A DNA stretch of 64,000 bases, taken from contig JBBQSN010000001.1 in assembly GCA_038213835.1 (NCBI GenBank), positions 2,160 to 66,159 on the forward strand, read 5' to 3'. This DNA comes from Actinomycetales bacterium. GTDB lineage: Bacteria > Actinomycetota > Actinomycetes > Actinomycetales > CAWJMD01. A program made the translations under genes and the position numbers. Below the pieces are notes generated by a model. That model was not told the origin of the DNA. It did no database searches and saw only the letters and a program-made list of their open reading frames with translations. Positions 46,354 through 56,695 of the stretch are shown here, piece by piece (the stretch's first letter is position 1; the number at the start of each line of letters is the position of its first letter).

Positions 46354-47886
46354 TCAGTGGTCGTGCGAGCCCGAAGGCGTCGAAACCGGGGCGAGCGGCG
46401 CAGGCGTGCCGGCCTGCTCGCCCGCCGCGACGACGACGAACTGGCCCATCATCCCCTCGTCCTCGTGCTGCAGGATGTGGCAGTGGAACATGTACGGCAC
46501 GTTCGGGTCGGTGTGGTCCTCGAACCGCAGCAGCAGCTCCACCTCGACCTGGCCGGGGAGGAACACGGTGTCCTTGCGGCCCCGCAGGTGCGGAGGCGGC
46601 GGACCGCCGTCGTAGGACACCACCTCGAACTGCACGTCGTGGACGTGGAAGCTGTGCGGGGTGCCGTCCTCGTTGCTCACGACCCACCGCTCGGTGGTCC
46701 CGACCTCGACCGTCTCGTCGATCCGATTCATGTCCATCTCCCGGCCGTTGATCTGCGGCGTGCTGAGCCGGAACTCCCTCGTCACCGAGACCTCGTCGCC
46801 GGACAGGTCGTCGAGCGCGACCAGCCGCTCCGGCACCCCGGGCGAGGGACCCAGCGTGGTCGCCCCACGTAGCTGCAGCACGTCGAACGCGTCGTCGCCG
46901 CCGGCGAAGCGCTGCTGGAACGGGTCCCCGGCCACCTTCGTGGGACGGGAGACGAGCCGGACCTCCTCCCCCGGGGTCACTGCCACGACCACCTCGGCGC
47001 GTTCGCCCGGCGAGAGCACCACGTGGGACATCGGCTCCGGCGCCTCGAGCAGCCCGCCGTCGGTGGCCACCAGGTCGAACGACCTGTCGTCGTCGAGGGC
47101 GAAGTCGAAGACCCGCGAGCCGGACGCGTTCAGCAGCCGCAGCCGTACGTGCTCGGTGGCCACGTCGAGGTAGGGGGCGACGACGCCGTTGACGACGAGC
47201 GTGTCGCCCAGCGTCCCCACCGGGTTGAACACGCCCACGCCCTGGCCCAGCTCGCCGTTGTCGAGCACCTTGTCCTGCACCACCAGCGGGACGTCGTCGA
47301 CCCCGTACTCGTCCGGCAGCCCGAGGGCGTCGGAGGCGTCGTCGTCGACGAGGAACATGCCGGCGAGCCCGCGGTAGACGTGGTCGGCGGTCTCCCCGTG
47401 CAGGTGCGGGTGGTACCAGAGGGTCGCGGCCGGCTGGTCGATCGTCCAGGTCGGAGACCAGGTCTGGCCGACCTCGACCATCTGGTGCGGTCCGCCGTCC
47501 ATCGCGGCCGGCAGGTGCATGCCGTGCCAGTGCAGGGTGCTGCGCTCGCCGATCTCGTTGGTGACGTCCATCCGCACCTGCTCGCCGCGACGGGCTCGCA
47601 CCGTCGGACCGAGGTAGTCCCCGTTGATCCCGAGGGTCTCGTACTCTTCGCCGGTGCCGAAGTCGGTGCGACCGCGCTGCATCGTGAGGTCGAACACCCG
47701 CACGCCGTCGACCACCTCCGAGTCCGCCAGCGGGGGGACCGGGAGCGGGTTGCGGAAGTCCACCATGCCGCGCAGGTCGGAGGCGGAGGCCTGCCAGGTC
47801 CAGGTCAGCAGCCCGCCGACGGCGAGCAGGGGGACCATGGCGATGGCGGCGAGCGTGACGAGCACGCGACGGGTGCGTGGGGACAT
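46354..47886 (-). CDS. Multicopper oxidase (CueO/SufI-like), probably Tat-exported
   Basis: Has four copper-site motifs: HWHGMH, WYHPHLH, HSFHVHD and HCHILQHEDEGMM. The N-terminus is MSPRTRRVLVTLAAIAM. ATG 47886 was chosen. The track ORF is over-extended to 48066. Confidence 0.88.
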   Translation of the reverse strand: MSPRTRRVLVTLAAIAMVPLLAVGGLLTWTWQASASDLRGMVDFRNPLPVPPLADSEVVDGVRVFDLTMQRGRTDFGTGEEYETLGINGDYLGPTVRARRGEQVRMDVTNEIGERSTLHWHGMHLPAAMDGGPHQMVEVGQTWSPTWTIDQPAATLWYHPHLHGETADHVYRGLAGMFLVDDDASDALGLPDEYGVDDVPLVVQDKVLDNGELGQGVGVFNPVGTLGDTLVVNGVVAPYLDVATEHVRLRLLNASGSRVFDFALDDDRSFDLVATDGGLLEAPEPMSHVVLSPGERAEVVVAVTPGEEVRLVSRPTKVAGDPFQQRFAGGDDAFDVLQLRGATTLGPSPGVPERLVALDDLSGDEVSVTREFRLSTPQINGREMDMNRIDETVEVGTTERWVVSNEDGTPHSFHVHDVQFEVVSYDGGPPPPHLRGRKDTVFLPGQVEVELLLRFEDHTDPNVPYMFHCHILQHEDEGMMGQFVVVAAGEQAGTPAPLAPVSTPSGSHDH

Positions 47887-47986
47887 GTCCTCGACGCTAG
47901 GCACGGGACCGCCCCGACCCCATCGGGGACGCCCCTGACCCGGCCCGGCACCGACCCTGACCGGTGGGAGGGGGCAGACTGGCGCG

Positions 47987-48958
47987 GTGGCCGGGGACGA
48001 GTCGCTCGCGGGCGTGCCCCTCACCCACCTCGACGGGGAGCTGTTCGAGGGGGCGGGCGCCAGCAAGCGCGACCTGGTGACCTACCTCGACGGCGTGCGC
48101 GACCGGTTGCTGCCGGTGCTGACCGGCCGGGCACTGTCGGTGGTGCGGGTGCGGCCCGGTCAGAAGCCGTTCATGCAGAAGAACCTGCCGTCGTACGCGC
48201 CGGACTGGGTGCGGCACACCGACATCTGGGCCAACGCCTCCCAGCGCGAGGTGCGCTACCCGCTCTGCGACGACCGCCGCACGCTGGTGTGGCTCGCGAA
48301 CCAGCGGGCCGTCGAGTTCCACCCCGCGCTGGCGCCCGCGGAGCAGGACCACGCCACCCACCTGGTGATCGACCTCGACCCGCCCGCCCGTCTCGACGGC
48401 CCGGACGGGTTCGCACTGGCCGCGCGCACGGCCCTGCTCGTGCGCGAGGTGCTCGACGCCTGCGGGCTCGGCGCAGCGGTGAAGACCAGCGGCGCCAAGG
48501 GCGTCCACGTGTTCGTCCCCGTCGACGGCTCGCAGGGGTTCGAGCAGGTCGCGGCCGCCACCCGGGCGCTGGCGGCACGTACCGAGCGGATCGACCCCGA
48601 GCTGGCGACGACGGCGTTCGTGCGGGCAGACCGTGGTGACAAGGTGTTCGTCGACTCCACCCGGGCGGGTGGGGCGACCGTCGCCGCCGCGTACAGCCCC
48701 CGCGTCCGGCCGGGGTGCCCGGTCTCGTTCCCGCTGGCTTGGGACGACCTGGCCTCGGTGACCCCTGCCGATCTCACGATCACGACCGCGCTCGGGTTGC
48801 TCGGTGACGCCGACCCGTGGGCGGCAGCGATGCCCGAGCCACAACGCCTCCCGGACGACCTGGTGGCCGAGGGGTTGCAGATCCCGATCGCGCGGGTGCA
48901 GGCGATGCACGAGGGCAAGCGCCGCAAGCGGGCGGCCGGACGGGAGCAGACCGCATGA
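47987..48958 (+). CDS. Stand-alone LigD polymerase/primase domain protein (NHEJ PolDom)
   Basis: Has an archaeo-eukaryotic primase-like pattern: LVIDLDP, VKTSGAKGVHVFVPV and DSTRAGGATVAAAYSPR. The gene encodes no ligase or nuclease domain. Confidence 0.86.
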   Translation: MAGDESLAGVPLTHLDGELFEGAGASKRDLVTYLDGVRDRLLPVLTGRALSVVRVRPGQKPFMQKNLPSYAPDWVRHTDIWANASQREVRYPLCDDRRTLVWLANQRAVEFHPALAPAEQDHATHLVIDLDPPARLDGPDGFALAARTALLVREVLDACGLGAAVKTSGAKGVHVFVPVDGSQGFEQVAAATRALAARTERIDPELATTAFVRADRGDKVFVDSTRAGGATVAAAYSPRVRPGCPVSFPLAWDDLASVTPADLTITTALGLLGDADPWAAAMPEPQRLPDDLVAEGLQIPIARVQAMHEGKRRKRAAGREQTA

Positions 48959-49542
48959 CCGGGAGCGGTATCGAGGTGCGCCCCGCCACCGCGTTCGCCG
49001 ACGTGGCGACGATGGTCGGCCCGAAGAAGCCCGGGTCGAGCGTCTGCTGGTGCCTCAGCCACCGGCTGGACGCGAAGACCAACACCTCGCTCACCGGGCC
49101 GGAGCGCGGCGAGTACGTGCGGCGCCTGACTCGGCGCACGGTCGCGCCCGGGGTGCTGGCCTACGACGGCGACGAGGTGGTCGGGTGGGCTGCGGTCGCC
49201 CCCCGCGCCGACCTGCCGTTCGCGCGCTCCCGCAAGATCCCGCACGTCGACGACCTGCCGGTCTGGTCGGTCTGGTGCCTGCGGGTGCGGCCCGGGCACC
49301 GTGGACGGGGCCTCTCGCACCACCTGCTGGAGGGCGCCGTCGCGTACGCGGCCGAGCAGGGCGCTCCTGCGGTGGAGGGCTACCCGGTCGACAACCGGGG
49401 CGAGAAGGTCGACCTGACGATGGCCTACGTCGGCACCCGGGCCGTGTTCGAGGCGGCCGGGTTCGTCCTGGCCTCCCGCACCGACGCCGTCTCCGGCGGG
49501 TTCCCGCGCGTCGTGATGCGTCGCGCGCTCACCGGCTCCTAG
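48955..49542 (+). CDS. GNAT family N-acetyltransferase
   Basis: ATG 48955 overlaps the PolDom TGA (ATGA). Has an acetyl-CoA-binding pattern (RVRPGHRGRGLSHHLLEGAV). Confidence 0.8.
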   Translation: MTGSGIEVRPATAFADVATMVGPKKPGSSVCWCLSHRLDAKTNTSLTGPERGEYVRRLTRRTVAPGVLAYDGDEVVGWAAVAPRADLPFARSRKIPHVDDLPVWSVWCLRVRPGHRGRGLSHHLLEGAVAYAAEQGAPAVEGYPVDNRGEKVDLTMAYVGTRAVFEAAGFVLASRTDAVSGGFPRVVMRRALTGS

Positions 49543-50537
49543 CCTGCCCACGCCTCCGCGATGGAGCGGTAGCTCGCGATCCGGCTGGGACGGTCGATCA
49601 CCGGGGTGACCACGACGACCTCGTCGGCCTGGCTCTGCTCCTGCAGCGTGCGCAGGCCCTTGGCGACGTCGTCGGGCGAGCCGGTGACCATCCGTCCGTC
49701 GTCGCGCGGCAGGACGGCGAACTCTGGCGAGGAGGCCAGTGCCTCGATGTCCTCGGGCCGCAGCGGCTCGCGCACGCCGCGGCGCAGGTTGGCCATCGTC
49801 AGCTTCCAGCCGGCGTCGAACCGGGCCACCGCGGACGGGTCGTCGCTGGCGAAGGCCAGCACCGAGATCGCGGACCATGGCTCGTCCCGGACGCCGGGGC
49901 GGAAGTCGGCACGGTAGGTGCGCAGCGCGTCGACGGCGAGCTCGGGGCTCATGTGGTGGGCGAAGACCGTCCCCATGCCGTTGAGCGCGGAGAACCGGGT
50001 CCCGTAGCCGCTCGACCCGAGGACGAAGACGTCCGGCCGGTCCTGGACCACCGGGGCCGCGACCAGCGGACTGTACGGGTGACCCTCGGGGAAGCCGTCG
50101 CCCAGGAAGGCGAGCAGCTCGGCCACCTGGGACGCGAACTCGCCGGCGACGTCGACCTGCTGGCCGCGGCGCAGCACGTGCGCGGTGAGCGGGTCGGTGC
50201 CGGGGGCTCGCCCGAGGCCGAGGTCGACGCGTCCCGGGCCGATCGCGAGCAGCGTGCGGAAGGTCTCGGCGACCTTGAACGGGGCGTGGTTCGGCAGCAT
50301 GATCCCCGCCGCACCGACCCGGATCGTGCGGGTGGCGCCCAGCAGGTGGGCGACCAGGATCTCCGGCGCGCTGCACGCCAGGCTGGTCATGTTGTGGTGC
50401 TCGGAGACCCAGTACCGGCGGTAGCCCGCCTGCTCGACGGCGCGCGCCACCTCGGTGGCGCCGGCGATCGAGGCGGAGGGGGACTCGCCGTGCTCGACGC
50501 CGACGAAGTCCAGGACGGCCAGGGGGAGGGTGCTCAT
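49539..50537 (-). CDS. LLM-class flavin-dependent oxidoreductase
   Basis: Contains YRRYWVSEHHN and GPGRVDLGLGRAPG. ATG 50537 was chosen. Confidence 0.85.
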   Translation of the reverse strand: MSTLPLAVLDFVGVEHGESPSASIAGATEVARAVEQAGYRRYWVSEHHNMTSLACSAPEILVAHLLGATRTIRVGAAGIMLPNHAPFKVAETFRTLLAIGPGRVDLGLGRAPGTDPLTAHVLRRGQQVDVAGEFASQVAELLAFLGDGFPEGHPYSPLVAAPVVQDRPDVFVLGSSGYGTRFSALNGMGTVFAHHMSPELAVDALRTYRADFRPGVRDEPWSAISVLAFASDDPSAVARFDAGWKLTMANLRRGVREPLRPEDIEALASSPEFAVLPRDDGRMVTGSPDDVAKGLRTLQEQSQADEVVVVTPVIDRPSRIASYRSIAEAWAG

Positions 50538-50589
50538 ACCGGTGCCAACACCGTGACCCGGCTCAGGCATCCCGTCCGCGCCGACGTGG

Positions 50590-51927
<1,338 letters not shown>

Positions 51928-51938
51928 CTACCGGGCCG

Positions 51939-52544
51939 TCAGCGCGCAGTGGCACCGCCGATGACCTGCCGGACCAGCCAGCCGACGTCGCGGGCCACGA
52001 CGTCGGGTGGGGCGCCGGGACGCACCACGTGGCTCAGCACCAGCCGCACGACCGCCTCGCAGGTGCGCTCGAGGTCCTCCTCGCTGATCGAGGGCGGGTC
52101 CGGCCGGTCACCGATCGCGAGCAGCAGGACGGCGGTGGCGCGACCGATCAGCTGATCGGACTCGGTGGTGAGGAAGGGCAGCAGCGAGGCGCCACCGCCG
52201 TGCGCCGAGCTCAGCACGTCCTTGAGCAGCGGGTTGTCGAGCGCCATCGTCATGACGACCTCGACCGCGCCCTCGACCGCCTCGACGAGGTCCGGGCCCG
52301 CCGCCAGCTCGGTGCCCACCGCCGTGAGGAAGGCGTCCAGCTCGCGCAGCACCAGCGCCTCGCCGAGGGCCGGTTTGCCGCCCAGCTCGTTGTAGACGGT
52401 CTGCCGGCTCACACCGACCCGGTCGGCGACGGCGCCCATCGTCACCGACGACCAGCCGCCGTGCAGCACCATGGTCACGGCAGCGTCGAGCAGCTGCTCG
52501 CGCAGCCGCGAGCGGGTCTCCTCGACGAACCGTCCCGGGGTCAC
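51939..52544 (-). CDS. TetR family regulator (AlkU-like) of the alkB cassette
   Basis: Has an HTH (VTMGAVADRVGVSRQTVYNELG). GTG 52544 overlaps the rubredoxin TGA (GTGA at 52541-52544). Confidence 0.87.
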   Translation of the reverse strand: MTPGRFVEETRSRLREQLLDAAVTMVLHGGWSSVTMGAVADRVGVSRQTVYNELGGKPALGEALVLRELDAFLTAVGTELAAGPDLVEAVEGAVEVVMTMALDNPLLKDVLSSAHGGGASLLPFLTTESDQLIGRATAVLLLAIGDRPDPPSISEEDLERTCEAVVRLVLSHVVRPGAPPDVVARDVGWLVRQVIGGATAR

Positions 52545-52717
52545 GTGGTGCCCGCCCCCACCGGCTCGAAGTCCACCTTCTCGCGCACGGCGCAGTCCGG
52601 ACACGCCCAGTCGTCGGGGACGTCGTCCCAACCGGTGCCCGCGGGGAAGCCCTCGCGCGGGTGGCCCACGGTCTCGTCGTAGACGTACCCGCAGCCGGGG
52701 CAGGCGTACGCCGTCAC
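52541..52717 (-). CDS. rubA: Rubredoxin
   Basis: A 58-aa protein with two CxxC pairs (CPGCG...CPDC). GTG 52717 overlaps the alkB TGA (GTGA at 52714-52717). It is hidden inside shadow track ORF 52541..53815. Confidence 0.87.
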   Translation of the reverse strand: MTAYACPGCGYVYDETVGHPREGFPAGTGWDDVPDDWACPDCAVREKVDFEPVGAGTT

Positions 52718-53892
52718 GCCGAGTACCGGCGCAGCACCCGCTGGCGGTTGCGGGGGTGCAGGTTGGCACGGCTGACGTCGCCGCCGAAGTGCGCGACCAC
52801 CCTGGGGTCCATCACCTTGCGCCACGCCCACGGGAGCAGGGACAGCACGATCATGCCCGCGTACCCGGTCGGGAGCACGGGCGACTCCGGGAAGTCGCGC
52901 AGCGACTGGTACCGCCGCACCGGGTTCGTGTGGTGGTCGCTGTGCCGCTGGAGGTGGTAGAGCAGCACGTTCGTGGCGATGTTGTTGCTGTTCCACGAGT
53001 GCGAGGGATCGACCTTCTCGTACCGCCCGCCGTCCACCCGGTGCCGGCGCAACCCGTAGTGCTCCAGGTAGTTCACGCTCTCCAGCAGCAGCACACCCAC
53101 CACGGCCTGCAGGACGAGGAACGGCAGCAGCCCGGGCCCGAACACCAGGCAGAGGCCACCCCAGAGGACGACCGACATCAGCCAGGCATTGAGGACGTCG
53201 TTGCGGATCGTCCAGAGCGAGCCGTCCTTGCGGGTGAGGCGCACCTGCTCCAGCCGCCAGGCGTTGGTGAGGCTGCCGATCACGCTGCGGGGCCAGAACT
53301 CGTAGACGACCTCGCCGAGCCGCGCGCTCGCCGGGTCCTCCGGCGTGGCCACGCGGGTGTGGTGCCCGCGGTTGTGCTCGATGAAGAAGTGGCCGTAGAA
53401 CGGTTGCGCCAGAGCGACCTTCGCGAGCCACTTCTCGTGCTGCTCCCGCTTGTGGCCCAGCTCGTGCGCGGTGTTGATGCCGATGCCGGCGATGCAGCCG
53501 ATCGTCACGGCCAGGCCGACCCGGTCCAACAGTGGCAGGCCGAACGAGGTGAGCGCCCAGCAGCCCCACACCAGGGTCGCGTACTGGGCGGGCAGGAACA
53601 GGTAGGTGATCCAGCGGTAGTAGCGGTCCTCCTCCAACCCGGCCAGGGCGTCCTCGGGCGGGTTCTGCGCGTCGCGACCGACCAGCAGGTCGATGACGGG
53701 GACGAGGACGAGGACGAACATCGGCCCGAACCACCACAAGCCCCGCCACCCGGTGAGCTCGACCAGACCCCAGGCGGCCACGCCCAGCAGCGGGATCACC
53801 ATCCCCAGCAGCCACAGGTGCCGCTTGGGGTCGCGCCAGTCGGGCGGCTGCACCTGGCCGTCGGGCTGGTTCGCGAGCACCTCGGACGCCAT
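52714..53892 (-). CDS. alkB: Alkane 1-monooxygenase
   Basis: Contains the His boxes HELGHK, EHNRGHH and LQRHSDHH. ATG 53892 is preceded by GAGAGGAGG. The track start at 53949 adds 19 residues. Confidence 0.92.
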   Translation of the reverse strand: MASEVLANQPDGQVQPPDWRDPKRHLWLLGMVIPLLGVAAWGLVELTGWRGLWWFGPMFVLVLVPVIDLLVGRDAQNPPEDALAGLEEDRYYRWITYLFLPAQYATLVWGCWALTSFGLPLLDRVGLAVTIGCIAGIGINTAHELGHKREQHEKWLAKVALAQPFYGHFFIEHNRGHHTRVATPEDPASARLGEVVYEFWPRSVIGSLTNAWRLEQVRLTRKDGSLWTIRNDVLNAWLMSVVLWGGLCLVFGPGLLPFLVLQAVVGVLLLESVNYLEHYGLRRHRVDGGRYEKVDPSHSWNSNNIATNVLLYHLQRHSDHHTNPVRRYQSLRDFPESPVLPTGYAGMIVLSLLPWAWRKVMDPRVVAHFGGDVSRANLHPRNRQRVLRRYSA

Positions 53893-53934
53893 CGCGGACC
53901 TCCTCTCGACAACGCCACCCCGGACGTCGGCCAT

Positions 53935-53961
53935 CTTGACAGTGAACACCTACTTGTCAAG
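53935..53961. promoter_or_regulatory. Inverted repeat with TTGACA hexamers upstream of alkB (candidate promoter/TetR operator)
   Basis: CTTGACA-N13-TGTCAAG has perfect 7-bp arms. It lies 43-69 bp upstream of the alkB ATG, in an A/T-enriched patch. Confidence 0.45.
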
Positions 53962-54205
53962 TACCCGTCAGGCCTGGGGCAAGGCGGTCGTCATCGTGTT
54001 CACCGCGCACGCGGAGACCGTGGACACCTGGGCCGCGTACTGGCTGCTGGCGCGCACCGGCACCGCGGTCGCCGTGACCGGAGGCCAGGGGGAGTTGACG
54101 AGCGAGGCCCACCCGGACCCGGACCCCGGCCTGCTGGCAGTCCTGCAGGAGCGGATCAACCCGATCGTCGCCGAGCTGTGCACCTACACCCGGGCAGGGT
54201 GCTGA
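53954..54205 (+). pseudogene. N-terminally truncated paralogue fragment of the downstream gene (54311..55333)
   Basis: This is the tail of track ORF 53693..54205: ...WLLARTGTAVAVTGGQGELTSEAHPDPDPGLLAVLQERINPIVAELCTYTRAGC. It aligns with the neighbour's C-terminus ...YTLAVRQGSSVAVSGGYAEWQAGYPDPDPSAVVAYRAALDELAPDLCVFTDDGC. The fragment has no signal peptide or TM helix, no convincing RBS, and its 5' end sits inside the alkB promoter region. It could instead be a 69-aa CDS starting at GTG 53996. Confidence 0.45.
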
Positions 54206-54310
54206 CCGCACGGCCACGGGTCCGCGCGGCCGGTCGCGCAGAGAACGACCGGCCGGGCGACCTACGGTGGTGCCGGGGCCCGCGCACGGCGGGCACGGGA
54301 GAGGACCGCG

Positions 54311-55333
54311 ATGAGCACGGGAGACGACGACCGGCCGGGTGGCGAGACCGGACCCGCTGGTGACGAGACCGTCGCCGTGCCGGTCACGGGCGGGGACCCG
54401 ATCGACCCGGCCGCCCCTGCGCTCGCCGCGGGCCCGCCTGCGGCTGGTCCGGTGCCGACGAACGCAGCGCAGAGCGTCGTCACGGAGGTCACCACCGACG
54501 GGCCGCACGAGCCGTCCGGCCGTCGGACGCCCCTGCTGGTGGCGGGGGCGATCGCCCTGCTGCTGGTGGTGGCGCTCGTGGTCTGGCTCGCCACGCGCGG
54601 CGAGGAGCCCACCAGCACGACACCCGGCCCCGGCCCCTCGGTGTCGGAGCCGGCGACCCCGACGCCGACCGACAGCGGCACCCCCACCGACAGCGGCACC
54701 CCCACCGACAGCGGCACGCCGACCGAGGGCTCCGGTGGCTCGCCGAGCGGGTCCGGCTCCACGGCCGCGACGTCGACCGCCGCGCCGGACGAGCCGGTAC
54801 CGACCTCGATCCCGGCCGGGCTGACCCTGCCCGCCGAGGGCGACGAGGACTGGACCTCCCGCGGCTGGACGTACCAGCCCTGCGGCAGCCAGGTCTCGGC
54901 CGCCGGCACGTCCGACTTCCGCCGGATCGGGTTCGACGGCCTCGAGGACTCCCGCCACCAGAGCCTGCTCGTGTTCCCCTCCGCCGACGAGGCTGCGGCC
55001 TTCCTGGGCGTCATGCGCACCGCGACCGAGGCCTGCGCCGGGCCGGGCGACCCGCTCGAGGACGTCGCCGCGGTCTCGCTGCAGACCGTGGAGGGCGACT
55101 GGGCCGAGTCGCTGATGGTCGTGCAGTCCTACCCGGTGCCCGAGGGCGGTTACAGCCTGGGCGGCGACTACACCCTGGCCGTCCGGCAGGGCTCGTCGGT
55201 CGCGGTGAGCGGCGGGTACGCCGAGTGGCAGGCCGGCTACCCGGACCCGGACCCCAGCGCGGTGGTCGCGTACCGCGCCGCCCTCGACGAGCTCGCGCCT
55301 GACCTGTGCGTCTTCACCGATGACGGCTGCTGA
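54311..55333 (+). CDS. Membrane-anchored extracytoplasmic protein with a Pro/Thr/Ser-rich linker (hypothetical)
   Basis: A TM helix (LLVAGAIALLLVVALVVWL) is followed by a TDSGTP x3 linker and a Cys-containing C-terminal domain ending DDGC. Confidence 0.75.
   Translation: MSTGDDDRPGGETGPAGDETVAVPVTGGDPIDPAAPALAAGPPAAGPVPTNAAQSVVTEVTTDGPHEPSGRRTPLLVAGAIALLLVVALVVWLATRGEEPTSTTPGPGPSVSEPATPTPTDSGTPTDSGTPTDSGTPTEGSGGSPSGSGSTAATSTAAPDEPVPTSIPAGLTLPAEGDEDWTSRGWTYQPCGSQVSAAGTSDFRRIGFDGLEDSRHQSLLVFPSADEAAAFLGVMRTATEACAGPGDPLEDVAAVSLQTVEGDWAESLMVVQSYPVPEGGYSLGGDYTLAVRQGSSVAVSGGYAEWQAGYPDPDPSAVVAYRAALDELAPDLCVFTDDGC
54665..54718. repeat. 18-nt tandem repeat x3 (encodes PTDSGT repeats)
   Basis: The unit cc(g/c)accgacagcggcac(c/g) is repeated three times head to tail. 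Confidence 0.9.
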
Positions 55334-55360
55334 CGCGGTGCCCGCACGGGTGCGGCCGGA

Positions 55361-56659
55361 TCAGCCGAAGACGGTGCCCGACGACGCGGCGTTGCGCTCG
55401 CGCAGCCGGGAGAACGACCCGAGGTCGATCTGGTTCCCGGTGTACGGCAGCGTGAACCGGACCGGGTCGCGGTCGTGGTCGTGGCCGCCCTCGACCGCCT
55501 CGACCACGGCGGCCATCAGCTCGCCCACCAACGGCGCGTTCTTGAACTGGTTGCCACTGGTCCCCATCGCCACGTAGTACCCGGGCAGGTCCGTGCAGTC
55601 GTACACCGGCGTCCAGTCCGAGGCCACGTCGTAGACCCCGACGATCCCGCTGGGCCGGTTCGGCACGCGCAGAGCCGGCAGGCGGCGGGCGGCTCGGAGC
55701 GTGTTGGCGTCGTAGCGCTCCCGGGTGAGGTGCAGGTCGGCGGCATCGGCGTCGTCGAGCCACTCCAACGGGTCGCAGGCAGCCTCGGTGCCGCCCACGA
55801 GCAGCCCGTGCGAACCGACCGGTCGCAGGTAGGTCCCGAGGTCGAGGTCGGCCACGATCGGGGCACCGGACGACCCGACAAGCTCGGCGGGCAGCGGCAC
55901 CTGGTGCACCTCCTGCCGCATCGGCCGGACGTCGACCGTGAAATCGGTTCCGGCGCCGGCCATCTCGTTCAAGCGCGTCGACCACGGTCCGGCCGCGTTC
56001 ACCACGACGTCGCCCTCGAGCGTCTCGCCTCCCTCCAGCGCGACCCGCCACCCGGACGCCACCCGCTCGAGCGCCGTGACCGACCGGCCGAACCGGGTGC
56101 TCGCGCCGTGCGCCTGCGCGGCCCGCACCAGGTTCGCTGCCGCCAGCCGCGGGTCGTCGACGTAGCCCGCGTCCGGCGTCCACATCGCTCCGAGCGCGCC
56201 GGACGCGTCGTCGAAGAACTCCTCGGACGTCACCGGCCGGGGCGGGAACCACCGACCGGTGTCCACCGCAGGGAGCCTCGCACCCAGAGTCGTTGCGTCC
56301 CAGTGCTCGTGCGCCACACCCACCTCGTCGAACAATACAGAGCTGCGCTGCCACGGCAGGTCCTCGACGTCGAGCATGACCAGGCCGGTGCGGGTGAACG
56401 AGGCGGTGCCGTCCGGATCGCGGTGGCCGAGGTGGTCGGTCCAGACCCGCCACGCCGCGCGGGCGTCCCACGACAGCGCGACACCGGCGTGGGTCGAGTA
56501 GTTGAACCGCACGATCGCGCTCGAGGCGCTCGTGGAGCCGTACCCCGGGCCGGGTCCGCGGTCGACGACCACCACCCCGAACCCGCGCCTGGCCAGCGCG
56601 AGCGCGACCGAGCCGCCCACCACCCCGGCACCCACCACCACGACGTCGCTGCCTGCCAC
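55361..56659 (-). CDS. FAD-dependent oxidoreductase (DAO / sarcosine-oxidase-beta-like)
   Basis: Has a dinucleotide-binding motif (VVVVGAGVVGGSVALALARRG). GTG 56659 was chosen. The track ORF is over-extended to 57622. Confidence 0.87.
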   Translation of the reverse strand: MAGSDVVVVGAGVVGGSVALALARRGFGVVVVDRGPGPGYGSTSASSAIVRFNYSTHAGVALSWDARAAWRVWTDHLGHRDPDGTASFTRTGLVMLDVEDLPWQRSSVLFDEVGVAHEHWDATTLGARLPAVDTGRWFPPRPVTSEEFFDDASGALGAMWTPDAGYVDDPRLAAANLVRAAQAHGASTRFGRSVTALERVASGWRVALEGGETLEGDVVVNAAGPWSTRLNEMAGAGTDFTVDVRPMRQEVHQVPLPAELVGSSGAPIVADLDLGTYLRPVGSHGLLVGGTEAACDPLEWLDDADAADLHLTRERYDANTLRAARRLPALRVPNRPSGIVGVYDVASDWTPVYDCTDLPGYYVAMGTSGNQFKNAPLVGELMAAVVEAVEGGHDHDRDPVRFTLPYTGNQIDLGSFSRLRERNAASSGTVFG

Positions 56660-56695
56660 GGCCTGATCGTGCCAGGTAGCCGGTCGGGCGACGAG

